Shown here: positions 1-12,942 of the stretch, in pieces | Layout of the letters: every line of letters begins with the position of its first letter | How positions within the stretch are numbered: position 1 is the first letter of the stretch | Origin: Nemertoderma westbladi | Lineage: Eukaryota > Animalia > Xenacoelomorpha | Length of the DNA stretch: 64,000 nt | Direction: 5' to 3' | NCBI GenBank assembly: GCA_032718475.1 | Contig: JAUCBJ010005615.1 | Location: 14,354 to 78,353, forward strand | Translations under genes and position numbers: made by a program | Notes under the pieces: model-generated | The model's input: only the letters and a program-made list of their open reading frames with translations | Databases searched by the model: none | Told to the model about the DNA's origin: nothing

Positions 1-996
1 CGATCTCGTCCCTTTTTGTCTGTCTGTCCTGCTCAAGTTTGAACGGCAATATCTCAGCAAGGCTTGGCGAAATTTGTTGAAATTTGGTAAACTGTGAAAG
101 GTTTACAATGTTTCAGAATTACGGATCTTACAATATTTTGGTTCGCCGCTAGGAGGCGCTAAATATAACGTCGTCTATGTTTAATAACTTTTGAACCAAA
201 ATAAATAAATTTTGATAAAACTATTATCCAGGCACAGGGTGGTCAAAAAAACTGTACCCATGGAAACTGCTACAAAAACTTTAATGTTTATCAAAACACA
301 TCGAAATGTTGTAGTCGGACATTTTGAATAGTTTTGAACACCAAATATCAATCTATAGAACATTTCCCAAAAATGTCCGTCTGTCTGTTTGTCCGCCAGT
401 CCGTTTCAAGGTATCTTAAGAACTGCTGGACAGTTCTCTCAGTTGGCATATCAACGGGTTGTTATGAATCAGGGTTAAGACAAAACCCATACGAATAGCA
501 GGTTTTCAACCGAAAACCAGCCCGATCCGAGGTTAAAAATAAATTGAGTTGAGAATCTGAGAAATTGAGTACTGCCGCGTTATACGCGGACGCCTTATGG
601 ACTTAGACGCACTCCAATTGTTTCTACAAATGTTATTGACATGAATGAAACAGATATAGTTAATGAACATAACAATGTTTCCAAGTCATCTGAGGTTTCA
701 AAACACCAAAGAGTCTGGCCATTTAGCTAGCTTATCTGGCTATAAAGTTATTGATTCTGCGACTTCTAAGGGGTGAATACAAAACAAAGACCCAAATAAT
801 AAAGACATGTACAAAACACATGTGTTAACTTTCGTTTATTGTTTTGGTTCCCCCAACCCTTTACTACCCTGCCCCTCTAAATGGCAATGGGACCTAACGC
901 TCTTTGGGACCTAACGCTCTTTGGGACCTAACGCTCTTTGGGACCTGTACAAAACTAAGAGGTAAAGTAGCGTTAGGTCCCAAAGAGCGATAGGTC

Positions 997-1965
997 AAGT
1001 CTATTTAAGGGGGGGGGGGGGGGGGGGTAGCACCCCCAAATTGAAGCTCACATTATTGTGTCTCTGGACCATGAAATTGGGTGAAAATTATTTTTTCTGC
1101 TACTAAACAACGTCTGGACTGTGTGAGAATAGCCAAACCAAATATTTTTAAAATTGGCCCCATAATGGCTCCGTAATGGCCAAAAGTGCCTTTTTGCGCC
1201 AAGGGCTATTTCTCCACCAATATTTGTTAAAAATTGTTGAAATTTGGATTATAGGTTCAGAAGAACCCTGCATCCAATTCTTCTTAACAAATTTTGCCTC
1301 AAATGCTCTGGAGCCTTTTTAGAACAAAAAGGCCCCTAAAAAGGGCTTTTTTTTGGCCTTTTTGATATAAAAAGGCTCCAGGTCATTTCCAACCAAATTT
1401 GTTAAGAAGAAGTATGGAGAAGGGTAATCTTAACAAGTGTACTAAATTTCAACTCATTTCAGTCAAAATTGGCTGAGAAATAGCATTTTTCATGAAAAAA
1501 CGTCGTTCTGAGATATGGGTGTTTAAAGTTTAAGGAACAATTTAAACCTTCCCGCTATTTTAGATAATACCAATTTTCTTATTTCGTCAATAACTTTGTC
1601 AAAAATGAATGAAATTCAACGAAATTTTTCATGCTTGCTAAACACATAACTGTAGTAAAACAACGTTTTAGCAATTTTATGCATATCTATACCGTGAGAG
1701 CCTTATTATGAAAAGGGCCCCACACAATTGTTAAATATAGTGCTGCTGTAAGGCTTTACAAAAATCAGACTAGCTCTTACGTTTTGGGTAATTGAGTTTG
1801 AAAAAATATATGAGAAAACTGCTGGCAGATTTGAAATCTCCATTAATTTTGGCACATGATAGAATAAAAAAACTTTTTTGTCAATTTCCAAAATAGGGGG
1901 GTGCCAACCCAGCCAAACTAAACGAACAGGGCAACTCAATACTCTTGTCACTTACAAATAGACTC
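997..1965. mobile_element. Probable non-autonomous DNA element with central imperfect palindrome
   Basis: Interrupts the 820-996 repeat; short inverted ends AGTCTATTT/AAATAGACT; imperfect inverted repeat of about 280 bp at 1205-1484. Confidence 0.45.
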
Positions 1966-2890
1966 AAGCGTTAAGTTCGTACCCCGGTACTGACAGACTG
2001 GAGTGTTATTATCAGCATATATATCAGTTATAGTTATGTTTAATATTTCATACTTACTTTATTACCTAACATTATTTGCTTTTGTGTTTAATTATCCCTG
2101 GTGGTGGCTACTGTATAGTTGAAACGTGGGAAATTTTATGAAATAATTATATACTGTATTTATAGCGGAATAATCGATATATCATGAAATTATTCTCAAA
2201 TATAATTTCATCTATCTCTTCCCTAGTGGGTGAGTGAGAATATTTATTTTTGCTTTTATTCTCTGGCTACAAGCGTTTGAAAAATGTGTCTCCGTCGAAA
2301 TTTCACTAGTTACGCCGCAGTTATTTTTCAACCTTACAGTAATGGAAAGCTGGAAAAAGATGGCAAGATGGAAAAAGCTGGAAAATGTATTTGCATACGA
2401 ATTCAGGCCATTTATTCTATTTAATAAATACACCATGTTCTAGAACATTTTGTTTATGTATGAATATCCAGACATACTAGTATTATTATAATATACTGTA
2501 GGCATTGCATTGTTGCCTGTAGCAAAGCCATCGTACGTAATACATTGGGGTGAGTACAACTACTAGGATTGGCATGCTGCATTGCAGCTGCATTTTTAAG
2601 AATGCTGTGCCGGCTTGTCGACAAAATCGCGCCGCCACAACTCCCTATCACACATATTTGCTAGATCATGCGTCTCAAGAAAGTCATGGACTGTCCACCA
2701 TGCTTATTCATTCCATAAGGCTGCCAAAGTACAAGATTATGCACTGGCTGGTCCTCACGGCGAAAGCAATGTCCTGCAAAGCGGAGGCGACTTTGTTCTA
2801 GTGTGAAGCTTGGGGGAACCAATGAGACACCTCCAATGTTATATAGTGTCTGGTTGGAGAAGTGTGCATTGTACTAGACACACTCGTGTA

Positions 2891-3127
2891 CCCAACACGC
2901 CTCTGTAACCTGCTCCTTTACTAACCTTATCCTTTAAATGGCAATGGGACCTAACGATCTTTGTGACCTAACACTCTTTGTGACCTAACGCTCTCTGGGA
3001 CCTAACGCGACTTTATCTCTTAGTTTTGTACAGGTCACAGAGAGCGTAAGGTCATAAATAGCGTTAGGTCCCATTGTCATTTAAAGGAGCAGGTTAGTAA
3101 AGGAGCAGGTTACAGAGGCGTGTTGGG
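2891..3127. mobile_element. Foldback/palindromic MITE with internal 19-bp repeats
   Basis: CCCAACACGCCTCTGTAACCTGCTCCTTTACTAACCT is perfectly inverted at 3091-3127; internal GACCTAACGCTCTTTG repeats. Related interrupted copy at about 820-996. Confidence 0.7.
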
Positions 3128-3767
3128 GAACCAAAACAATAAACGAAAGTTAACACATATTACAAGATTATGCAGGTTACTTAATTGGGTCTTTGTTTTG
3201 TACTCATCCTAATATATTGAATTGCGATGGCCTTGTCTGTGGCCGAGCTACTTATGAAATACACATTTTGTAGAACGTGGAGCATTCATTAAATAGAAAT
3301 GGCCTATAGCGGAAGCAAATACATGCAACATTCGAATGCCAGATGATCAGCTTAACATAAATCAGACTTATCTGAAATGGTTCTTAATCAGAATACACTC
3401 GTAATGTATCATGTACTCGTTTGCCAATCTTGCACCCCCCCCCCCCCCCCCCCCCCTGGTACACTCACCCAACTATTATAGCCAGCCGTCTACACGCTCT
3501 TATTAACTATTTTTTTTAAACTACGTATACTACAGTATATGGTGAAGGATCTAGACACTAATTTATCTTATTGTGTTTATTTACCCTGAACGGGGGTGAA
3601 TCTTTCAATAAAAAAATATTGTTATATTATAACCTATTAATAAATTATGACTGATATAATAGTCAGTAACTGTTATGTGACCAGAGATGTAAGTATACAT
3701 TTAATTATAGAGTACGGGGATGCAAATGCATACCATACTGGTACACGTTCGTGGGGACTTCGCGCAG

Positions 3768-4361
3768 CACGTAGTCGGCAAGCCTTGGCATACCGTTCAT
3801 ATAGAGCAAATGGGGCATGTCTAGTTTGGACCCAATATCCCATGCTATAAATGTATTCATTCGATATACAATCATATGCTAATCCGCTAGGTGGTGTCAA
3901 ATTGTTATTCTGCAATTTCGTACTTACCAGTGCAGCACTGTACAGCAGTACCGTACCGGTAGGCCTATGTCATTACTTCTGAGTCTCTAGCAGATCCCCA
4001 ATTAAATGTCTTAACTTTTCAATTTCGTAAAAGATAGACTTCATGATTCTCTACAAGCAACCAAAATTTCAGCTCAGGAAAATGAGGCGTTCCCGAGAAA
4101 TTTAACATTTTCTAAAAACCACATAATCTGTCGTAGCTGACGTCAGACTGCATGATTTTTCACCAAACTTTACAAACTTTCTAAACTTTCTCTCTACTAC
4201 TTACCTACTAAGTTTGGTTCAATTCCGAACGAGCGATGCCGAGAAATTCGCGTTCAAACATTTACCAGACAGACGGACAGACAGACAGACGGACAGACAG
4301 ACAGACGGACATGCCCCACTTGCCCTATATGAACCGTATGCCAAGGCTCGCCGACTACGTG
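3768..4361. mobile_element. Non-autonomous element with sub-terminal inverted repeats and (ACAG/ACGG)n microsatellite (DINE-1/HINE-like architecture)
   Basis: About 54-bp imperfect IR (3768-3821 versus 4308-4361) next to an (ACAG)n(ACGG) tract at 4266-4310. Similar GTCT-tract fragments at about 1-600 and 13600-14300. Confidence 0.55.
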
Positions 4362-5810
4362 TCTCGCCCCACATTATATTGGAATTGGATGCAACATGTG
4401 TGGTGTGTTTGGAGATATTATGGACTAGGGATGTATTTATATAGAATCCGCATAAATTCTCTCCGGGTATCATATCAAAGATCTGGAAAACTAATTAACT
4501 TAAATAACAATGTACAGTGTATACCATATCAATGAAAGAACCATTGGAATGTAATTAATTTGCTGGATATAGATGGACTGGCACAGATAAAGATTAGTTG
4601 AATAGTTTATAGGTGACGGTAGGTCAATAGTTCGTGGCTATATCTTTACAGTAAGTAGTGTACAGTGTCGGATTAACAAAGGCTTACAAGGCACGTGTCT
4701 TTGGATAACAAGAACTAATATAGATTATTACAATACAAATATTCACGAGTTCTAATGTGTATCAATATTGTGATTAAATGATGAATTTAAGCTACCAAAT
4801 ATTATGTGTTCAAATTCTAGACGTAAAATAAATCACAAGCGAAAACAAAAAAAACTTCGATACAACGGGGGAAATCCCATCTCGGTGAATTAATAATTCG
4901 TCTCAATGTTACATTATCAATTATTTTGGGAAAGGAGCAGGTTACAATGGCACGTTATTCTAATCAAAACAATAAACTACAGTATAGTCAATTGAACAGG
5001 TTCCAGTAATATTTTTGAGGGTAATCAGCTGTTATTTGCGTCGAGTTTCCCCTGGAGGGGGATAGATTTTGATTACGCCAAAAGTCCCAAATTTTTGCAA
5101 AACCTTAAAACTAAGACTCAGTTATGTAGGTAACCCTCAGTTACCAAGGTTACATCATTCCACGCCAAAGTCGACGCTTTTGCAAAAAGAGAAAAATGAA
5201 CGAACGCAAAATGAAAAAAATTAACGAACATAGTGTAAGTGGAAATAAAGCCACGCGATGTATATAGCACTGTAATGCATGTAGTTGATTCCGAATATGT
5301 AGCATTTATGAAACAGCTTCCAAGGAACAAGTGTTGTTGCTTAAAAAAAGTGAAAGAAATATTGATGGTGGGATTTCTCAAATTTTATAATTTTAGAGTG
5401 AAAGATATTCCTTGGGCGAAGCAAATACAATGACTTTGAAATATACCTATCAGGCATTCAAAAACTACAAATAAAGTGTTTTTAATTTTTTTAATTTATA
5501 AGTATATAAAAAAAATTTTTTTTTAATTTTTTATTGTTAAATTTTTTTTAATCCTCAGATCGGGGATCTGAAAACGATTGAATGCTAATTCTACTGGTTC
5601 ATCACAAGCCAACAAGAAGTTAACCCCACTAAAACAATGATTCCAATGTCATAATTATATTATTTTTAAAACATTCTCCAATAATGGCAATGTTACTTCA
5701 CATAGCCAAACAGCCATAGACCAATTTCACATTACCTAACACCACGGTTGGGTGCAATCTTCGCCCAGGGAAACCTTCGCCAAGATTTACAATTTGCACA
5801 TACAGTCTTC

Positions 5811-7550
5811 CTTTGTAAACAAACGGTCTATCATTGTAAACAAACATTATCTCTTTGTAAACAAACAGTTTCTCTTTGTAAACAAACAGTCTCTATTTGT
5901 AAACAAACAGTTTCTCTTTGTAAACAAACAGTTTATCTTTGTAAACAAACAGACTCTCTTTGTAAACAAACAGTCTCTATTTGTAAACAAACAGTCTCTA
6001 TTTGTAAACAAACAGTCTCTATTTGTAAACAAACAGTCTCTATTTGTAAACAAACAGTTTCTATTTGTAAACAAACAGTTTCTCTTTGTAAACAAACAGT
6101 TTATCTTTGTAAACAAACAGTCTCTATTTGTAAACAAACAGTTTCTCTTTGTAAACAAACAGCTTATCTTTGTAAACAATCAGACTCTCTTTGTAAACAA
6201 ACAGTCTCTATTTGTAAACAAACAGACTCTCTTTGTAAACAAACAGTTTCTCTTTGTAAACAAACAGACTCTCTTTGTAAACAAACAGTCTCTATTTGTA
6301 AACAAACAGTTTATCTTTGTAAACAAACAGTCTCTACTTGTAAACAAACAGTTTCTCTTTGTAAACAAGCAGTTTATCTTTGTAAATAAACAGACTCTCT
6401 TTGTAAACAAACAGTCTCTATTTGTAAACAAACAGTTTCTCTTTGTAAACAAACAGTCTCTATTTGTAAACAAACAGTCTCTATTTGTAAACAAACAGTT
6501 TCTCTTTGTAAACAAACAGTCTCTATTTGTAAACAAACAGTTTCTCTTTGTAAACAAACAGCTTATCTTTGTAAACAAACAGTCTCTATTTGTAAACAAA
6601 CAGTCTCTATTTGTAAACAAACAGACTCTCTTTGTAAACAAACAGTCTCTATTTGTAAACAAACAGTCTCTATTTGTAAACAAACAGTTTCTATTTGTAA
6701 ACAAACAGTTTCTCTTTGTAAACAAACAGTTTCTCTTTGTAAACAAACAGTTTCTCTTTGTAAACAAACAGTCTCTATTTGTAAACAAACAGTTTCTCTT
6801 TGTAAACAAACAGCTTATCTTTGTAAACAATCAGACTCTCTTTGTAAACAAACAGTCTCTATTTGTAAACAAACAGACTCTCTTTGTAAACAAACAGTTT
6901 CTCTTTGTAAACGAACAGTCTCTATTTGTAAACAAACAGTTTATATTTGTAAACAAACAGTTTCTCTTTGTAAACAAACAGTTTATCTTTGTAAACAAAC
7001 AGTCTCTATTTGTAAACAAACAGTTTCTCTCTGTAAACAAACAGCTTATCTTTGTAAACAATCAGACTCTCTTTGTAAACAAACAGTCTCTATTTGTAAA
7101 CAAACAGACTCTCTTTGTAAACAAACAGTTTCTCTATGTAAACAAACAGACTCTCTTTGTAAACAAACAGTCTCTATTTGTAAACAAACAGTTTCTCTAT
7201 GTAAACAAACAGACTCTCTTTGTAAACAAACAGTCTCTATTTGTAAACAAACAGTTTCTCTTTGTAAACAAACAGTTTCTCTTTGTAAACAAACAGTCTC
7301 TATTTGTAAACAAACAGTTTCTCTTTGTAAACAAACAGCTTATCTTTGTAAACAAACAGACTCTCTTTGTAAACAAACAGTTTCTCTTTGTAAACAAACA
7401 GTCTCTATTTGTAAACAAACAGACTCTCTTTGTAAACAAACAGTCTCTATTTGTAAACAAACAGTCTCCCTTGTAAACAAACAGTCTCTATTTGTAAACA
7501 AACAGTCTCCCTTGTAAACAAAACAGTCTATCTTTGTAAACAAACAGTCT
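5811..7550. repeat. 21-bp minisatellite TTTGTAAACAAACAG(T/A)(C/T)TCT(A/C), about 83 copies
   Basis: Directly visible tandem array; source of the spurious repeat ORFs. Confidence 0.98.
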
Positions 7551-8104
7551 CTCTTTTTCTACTGAAATTAATACACACAAGAAGAAACAATCCAAACCGG
7601 CCGTTATACCTTTGCATTCTAACTAACGATCCTTTTCAACAAATTAAAAATTGTATGTTAAATAATTAAGACTCCTTTTTATTCGTATTTGTTATCAATA
7701 TATTAATAATCACCATAAAAACTCTAGAAGCGACATCAAATAAAGGAAAAACACTAATTATTAGCATTGACAACGTTCAATATTATTAACATAGCACACT
7801 GTTAGCATAGGGGGAATTAGCTTAATTAGCAAACAGCATTACAAAATTATTAGGTGAAATAATAACACCATAGAGAAAATAGAATTATTACTTAGCGAAG
7901 TAGAATAAATAAAATGAACTGTATAATAAATATATTGAATAGCTATTGGATTGGCTCGCAGCATTCAAATTTAACAGTAAAGATTCGATTTAACACACCA
8001 CAAATACAGTTGGGGAAAATTAATTGCAATTTCGGTTGAATCTGGCTTTATAGTTATGTTACTTTTTTACATCATAATAATCTATGTTGCAATGGGGAGC
8101 GATG

Positions 8105-10311
8105 GTTAGATTATTTGGTTAGGATTATATTATTTGGTTAGGATTAGATTATTTGGTTAGGATTAGATTATTTGGTTAGGATTATAATATTTGGTTAGGA
8201 TTAGATTATTAGGTTAGGATTAGGTTATTTGGTTAGGATTAGATTATTTGGTTAGGATTAGATTATTTGGTTAGGATTAGATTATTTGGTTAGGATTAGA
8301 TTATTTGGTTAGGATTAGATTATTTGGTTAGGATTAGATTATTTGGTTAGGATTAGATTATTTGGTTAGGATTAGATTATTTGGTTAGGATTAGATTATT
8401 TGGTTAGGATTAGATTATTTGGTTAGGATTCGATTATTTGGTTAGGATTAGATTATTTGGTTAGGATTAGGTTATTTGGTTAGGATTAGATTATTTGGTT
8501 AGGATTAGATTATTTGGTTAGGATTAGGTTATTTGGTTAGGATTAGATTATTTGGTTAGGATTAGATTATTTGGTTAGGATTAGGTTATTTGGTTAGGAT
8601 TAGGTTATTTGGTTAGGATTAGGTTATTTGGTTAGGATTAGATTATTTGGTTAGGATTAGAATATTTGGTTAGGATTAGATTATTTGGTTAGGATTAGAT
8701 TATTTGGTTAGGATTAGATTATTTGGTTAGGATTAGATTATTTGGTTAGGATTAGAATATTTGGTTAGGATTAGATTATTTGGTTAGGATTAGATTATTT
8801 AGTTAGGATTAGATTATTTGGTTAGGATTAGGTTAGGATTAGATTATTTGGTTAGGATTACGTTATTTGGTTAGGATTAGATTATTTGGTTAGCATTAGA
8901 TTATTTGGTTAGGATTAGATTATTTGGTTAGGATTAGATTATTTGGTTAGGATTAGATTATTTGGTTAGGATTAGGTTATTTGGTTAGGATTAGATTATT
9001 TGGTTAGGATTAGATTATTTGGTTAGGATTAGATTATTTGGTTAGGATTAGGTTAGGATTAGATTATTTGGTTAGGATTACGTTATTTGGTTAGGATTAG
9101 ATTATTTGGTTAGCATTAGATTATTTGGTTAGGATTAGATTATTTGGTTAGGATTAGGTTAGGATTAGATTATTTGGTTAGGATTAGATTATTTGGTTAG
9201 GATTAGATTATTTGGTTAGGATTAGATTATTTGGTTAGGATTAGATTATTTGGTTAGGATTAGGTTAGGATTAGATTATTTGGTTAGGATTAGATTATTT
9301 GGTTAGGATTAGATTATTTGGTTAGGATTAGATTATTTGGTTAGGATTAGATTATTTGGTTAGGATTAGATTATTTGGTTAGGATTATATTATTTGGTTA
9401 GGATTAGGTTAGGATTAGATTATTTGGTTAGGATTAGATTATTTGGTTAGGATTAGGTTATTTGGTTAGGATTAGATTATTTGGTTAGGATTAGATTATT
9501 TGGTTAGGATTAGGTTATTTGGTTAGGATTACATTATTTGGTTAGGATTTGATTATTTGGTTAGGATTAGATTATTTAGTTAGGATTAGATTATTTGGTT
9601 AGGATTAGATTATTTGGTTAGGATTAGATTATTTGGTTAGGATTAGATTATTTGGTTAGGATTCGATTATTTGGTTAGGATTAGATTATTTGGTTAGGAT
9701 TAGGTTATTTGGTTAGGATTAGATTATTTGGTTAGGATTAGATTATTTGGTTAGGATTAGGTTATTTGGTTAGGATTAGATTATTTGGTTAGGATTAGAT
9801 TATTTGGTTAGGATTAGGTTATTTGGTTAGGATTAGGTTATTTGGTTAGGATTAGGTTATTTGGTTAGGATTAGATTATTTGGTTAGGATTAGAATATTT
9901 GGTTAGGATTAGATTATTTGGTTAGGATTAGGTTATTTGGTTAGGATTAGGTTATTTGGTTAGGATTAGGTTATTTGGTTAGGATTAGGTTATTTGGTTA
10001 GGATTAGATTATTTGGTTAGGATTAGAATATTTGGTTAGGATTAGATTATTTGGTTAGGATTATATTATTTGGTTAGGATTAGATTATTTGGTTAGGATT
10101 AGGTTAGGATTAGATTATTTGGTTAGGATTAGGTTAGGATTAGATTATTTGGTTAGGATTAGGTTATTTGATTACGATTAGGTTAGGATTAGATTATTTG
10201 GTTAGGATTAGATTACTAGGTTAGGATTAGATTATTTGGTTAGGATTAGATTATTTGGTTAGGATTAGGTTATTTGGTTAGGATTAGATTATTTGGTTAG
10301 GATTAGGTTAT
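8105..10311. repeat. 19-bp minisatellite TTAGGATTAGATTATTTGG, about 115 copies
   Basis: Directly visible; the + strand is almost free of C. Confidence 0.98.
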
Positions 10312-10322
10312 TCATATATTAA

Positions 10323-10687
10323 GAAGCCGCCCATAAATGACGTCACGCGGGGTATTGGGGAGGGGGGGATTTCGTGACAAATTGTGAAAAGGAGGGAGGG
10401 AGAAGTCATCTGATTTGTGATGTTACATTGATACTGGTTTAAAGAACATGATCGTACGAGCCAATTTGACTCGAATTGTGAAGTATAATGATAATGACAC
10501 TATCTGTCTGTATACATGTATATACATACATATACATATATATACCTGTATTTATTTTTGTGACTGCGACATAGGGGAGAGGATGGGGGGGGGGGGGGGG
10601 GGGGCGATTTCGTGATGATTTGTGACAAAGGGTGGAGGGGGGTCAAAAATGGTCAAATAAAGCGTGACGTCACCTGTCGACGTCCCC
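10323..10687. mobile_element. PIF/Harbinger-like MITE just 3' of SPTLC2
   Basis: Degenerate TIR (GCCGCCCATAAATGACGTCACGC...GCGTGACGTCA...GACGTCCCC), TAA on both sides, internal poly-G. Confidence 0.65.
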
Positions 10688-10838
10688 TAATGAATAATCG
10701 ATTAACATGTTAAAACTGTATAATTATAGAAACCTTCCAAATTTGTTCATTAGAAACCGTTTTATATAATCCGGAAAATCTGCACATGTGGATGTCAAAG
10801 CGAACCTTCACTGGGGTATAATTATTGGCTACCAAGAA

Positions 10839-12067
10839 CTACAAGAAGGGCTGCTTACCCACCGCCCTGGAGTAGAATAAATGGCAGGATTCCGCTGCCT
10901 CCTCTATGGCTCGCAGCGAATAATCGAGGGTTTCCCTGGAGTGCGCGGCGGAGACACAGAAGCGTACACGACCGGTAACCACCGGGGTCGCAGGGAACCC
11001 GACCACAACCACCGCCACTCCGCGCTTCAAACACTCCCGACTGAACGCGGCCAACTTGGCCGGAAAGTAGATCATCACGGGAATTACGGGGCTGTCCGGG
11101 GATCCGTAGACCACGAACCCCATGGCGACGAGACGCCGTCGGAAGTAATGCGCGTTCTCCGCGAGACAGGCTATCTTACGTCGACCTATGTCGCTCCCAT
11201 CCCGACCCATTATAACCTCCATAGACGAGATGATCTGCTGACAGATCGGTGGACTCATCGACGTTGCGTAAGTAGCTGCGTGAGACGTGCTGCGCAGATG
11301 TGCGATTACATCACGTTCGGCCGCGATATAACCGCCAGCCGAACCGAAACTCTTAGTAAACGTCCCCATCATTATATCTACATCTTCTGGAGTGCAACCG
11401 AAGTATTCGACTATCCCCCGACCCCGGTCCCCCATCGCTCCGATAGAATGCGCCTCGTCTAGAAACAGATAAGCTTTGTACTTTTTCTTTAACCGGATCA
11501 CCTCGGGCAGTTTAACTATGGAACCCTCCATGGAATAAACTCCCTCTACTATCACTAAGACCTTCTTCCACGGTCGATGGGTCCTCGGCTGTCCGTAAAC
11601 CACCGCGTTCCGCAGCTCTTCCTCCAGACTCTCCATATTATTGTGTTTGAAGGTGCGTACCGCCGCGCCGCTCAGACGACTTCCGAGGATTAGCGAGGCG
11701 TGGTTCAACTCGTCGCTCACTATGAGACATCCCTTTCCTACGAGACACGGGATGTTCATCGAGTTTGTCGCGAATCCCATTCCGAAGGCCATGGCTTCCG
11801 GCTTCCCGACGAACTCGGCTACAATGGTCTCCAGTCGGGAATGTATCGCCATGGTACCGAGTTCGTTCCGCGAGCTGCAGGAACTGAGTCCGTTGGAACG
11901 GATTGTCGCGGCTGTGTCGTTCGCACACGAACCGGAGGAATCGGCGAACCCGAGGTAGTTGTACGAGCCGAGGTTGACCGCGCGGATCGTACGGCCCGTA
12001 AAGTGGAACGTTACATTCGCGTTGTCGCTGCGCCGCTCTAGTAGAGAAACGTACTCACCAGGGACGC
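10839..12067 (-). CDS. SPTLC2: SPTLC2/LCB2 coding exon 2 (PLP-dependent aminotransferase class II domain)
   Basis: Acceptor TTCCTTTGTTACAG|GCGTCCCT. Reads (G)[12 protein letters not shown]...[10 protein letters not shown]...GMGFATNS...SDELNHAS...EGVYSMEG...DEAHS...GTFTKSFG (PLP lysine motif) to TAG at 10839. 1229 nt is in phase with exon 1; spliced protein about 549 aa. SPTLC2 versus SPTLC3 cannot be resolved in invertebrates. Confidence 0.95.
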
Positions 12068-12445
12068 CTGTAACAAAGGAACACTCAATGTATACTTACC
12101 CGGGACGCCTGTAACAAAGGAACACTCAATGTATAATGTATACTTACCCGGGACGCCTGTAACAAAGGAACACCCAATGTATACTTACCCGGAACGCATG
12201 TAACAAATGAACACTCAATGTATTGTATATTCACCGTAACGCCTGTAACAAAGGAACACTCAAAGTATACTCACTCGGAACGCCTGTATCAAAGGAGCAA
12301 TCAATGTATTGTATACTCACCTTAACGCCTGTAACAAAGGAACACTCAATGTATACTCACCCGGAACGCCTGTAACAAAGGAACACTCAATGTATACCTA
12401 CTCACCCGGAACGCCTGTAATAAAGGAACACTCAAATATTACCTG
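12052..12445 (-). repeat. 41-48-bp tandem repeat x9 spanning the SPTLC2 3' splice site
   Basis: Sense unit GTRAGTATACATTGAGTGTTCCTTTGTTACAG-GCGTYCCGG; cores at 12064, 12105, 12153, 12194, 12239, 12280, 12325, 12366, 12411. Confidence 0.95.
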
Positions 12446-12521
12446 CCAAGGCTGCAAGACCTAACATGTAATAAATTAACACATGGACCGTATATTATTC
12501 ACTGACAAGGCCTACCGGTAC

Positions 12522-12942
12522 CTGTAATTGGTCGGTTCCAACAGTCACGGATCCGGAGGTACATGTTCCGCGTAAAGAAACTCTCGAAACTCGCGTAGAG
12601 AGGAACGAAGCCCACATTACGGGAGGTTTCCGTGTGCGATTTTGCATTCTCTAAGTTATATTTACGAAGAAAATCTCTAAAGTAGCCAACTATAATAAGA
12701 ACTCCATAAGCGATATAAGTGAAGACAGCGCAGGCTAATGGGGGTTCGTCGAACGATTCTAAATATTTACAACGTTCAACTATAACGTCCTTGTCAGTTA
12801 TATATTGATTGCATGTCTCCTTCTTCCCTGAGTTTGATTTAATTATCCCGTTTGGTAATCCCTCTCGATTTACCTTCGACTGATTTGCTGATGTAGCGGT
12901 TTGGGGAGTTAAAGAATTATCTTCATGATATTGGGTTACCAT
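12522..12942 (-). CDS. SPTLC2: Serine palmitoyltransferase long-chain-base subunit 2 (SPTLC2/LCB2 family), coding exon 1
   Basis: ATG at 12942. Translation ends ...FVPLYASFESFFTRNMYLRIRDCWNRPIT, matching the LCB2 N-terminal region. Phase-1 donor ACAG|GTACCG at 12522/12521; 421 nt = 140 codons + 1. Confidence 0.9.

Noticed and set aside
5748-7543. Long ORFs (574 aa FVNKQ-repeat, 213 aa CKQT-repeat and their antisense ORFs)
   Set aside because: They are translations of a 21-bp satellite that is open in several frames on both strands, with no unique domain.
8105-10311. True telomere or (TTAGG)n tract
   Set aside because: The period is 19 bp, TTAGG is not tandem except sporadically, and unique sequence flanks both sides.
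10881-12041. Plus-strand and alternative-frame ORFs over SPTLC2 (likewise those overlapping gag and RIOX1)
   Set aside because: They are shadow ORFs of GC-rich coding sequence.
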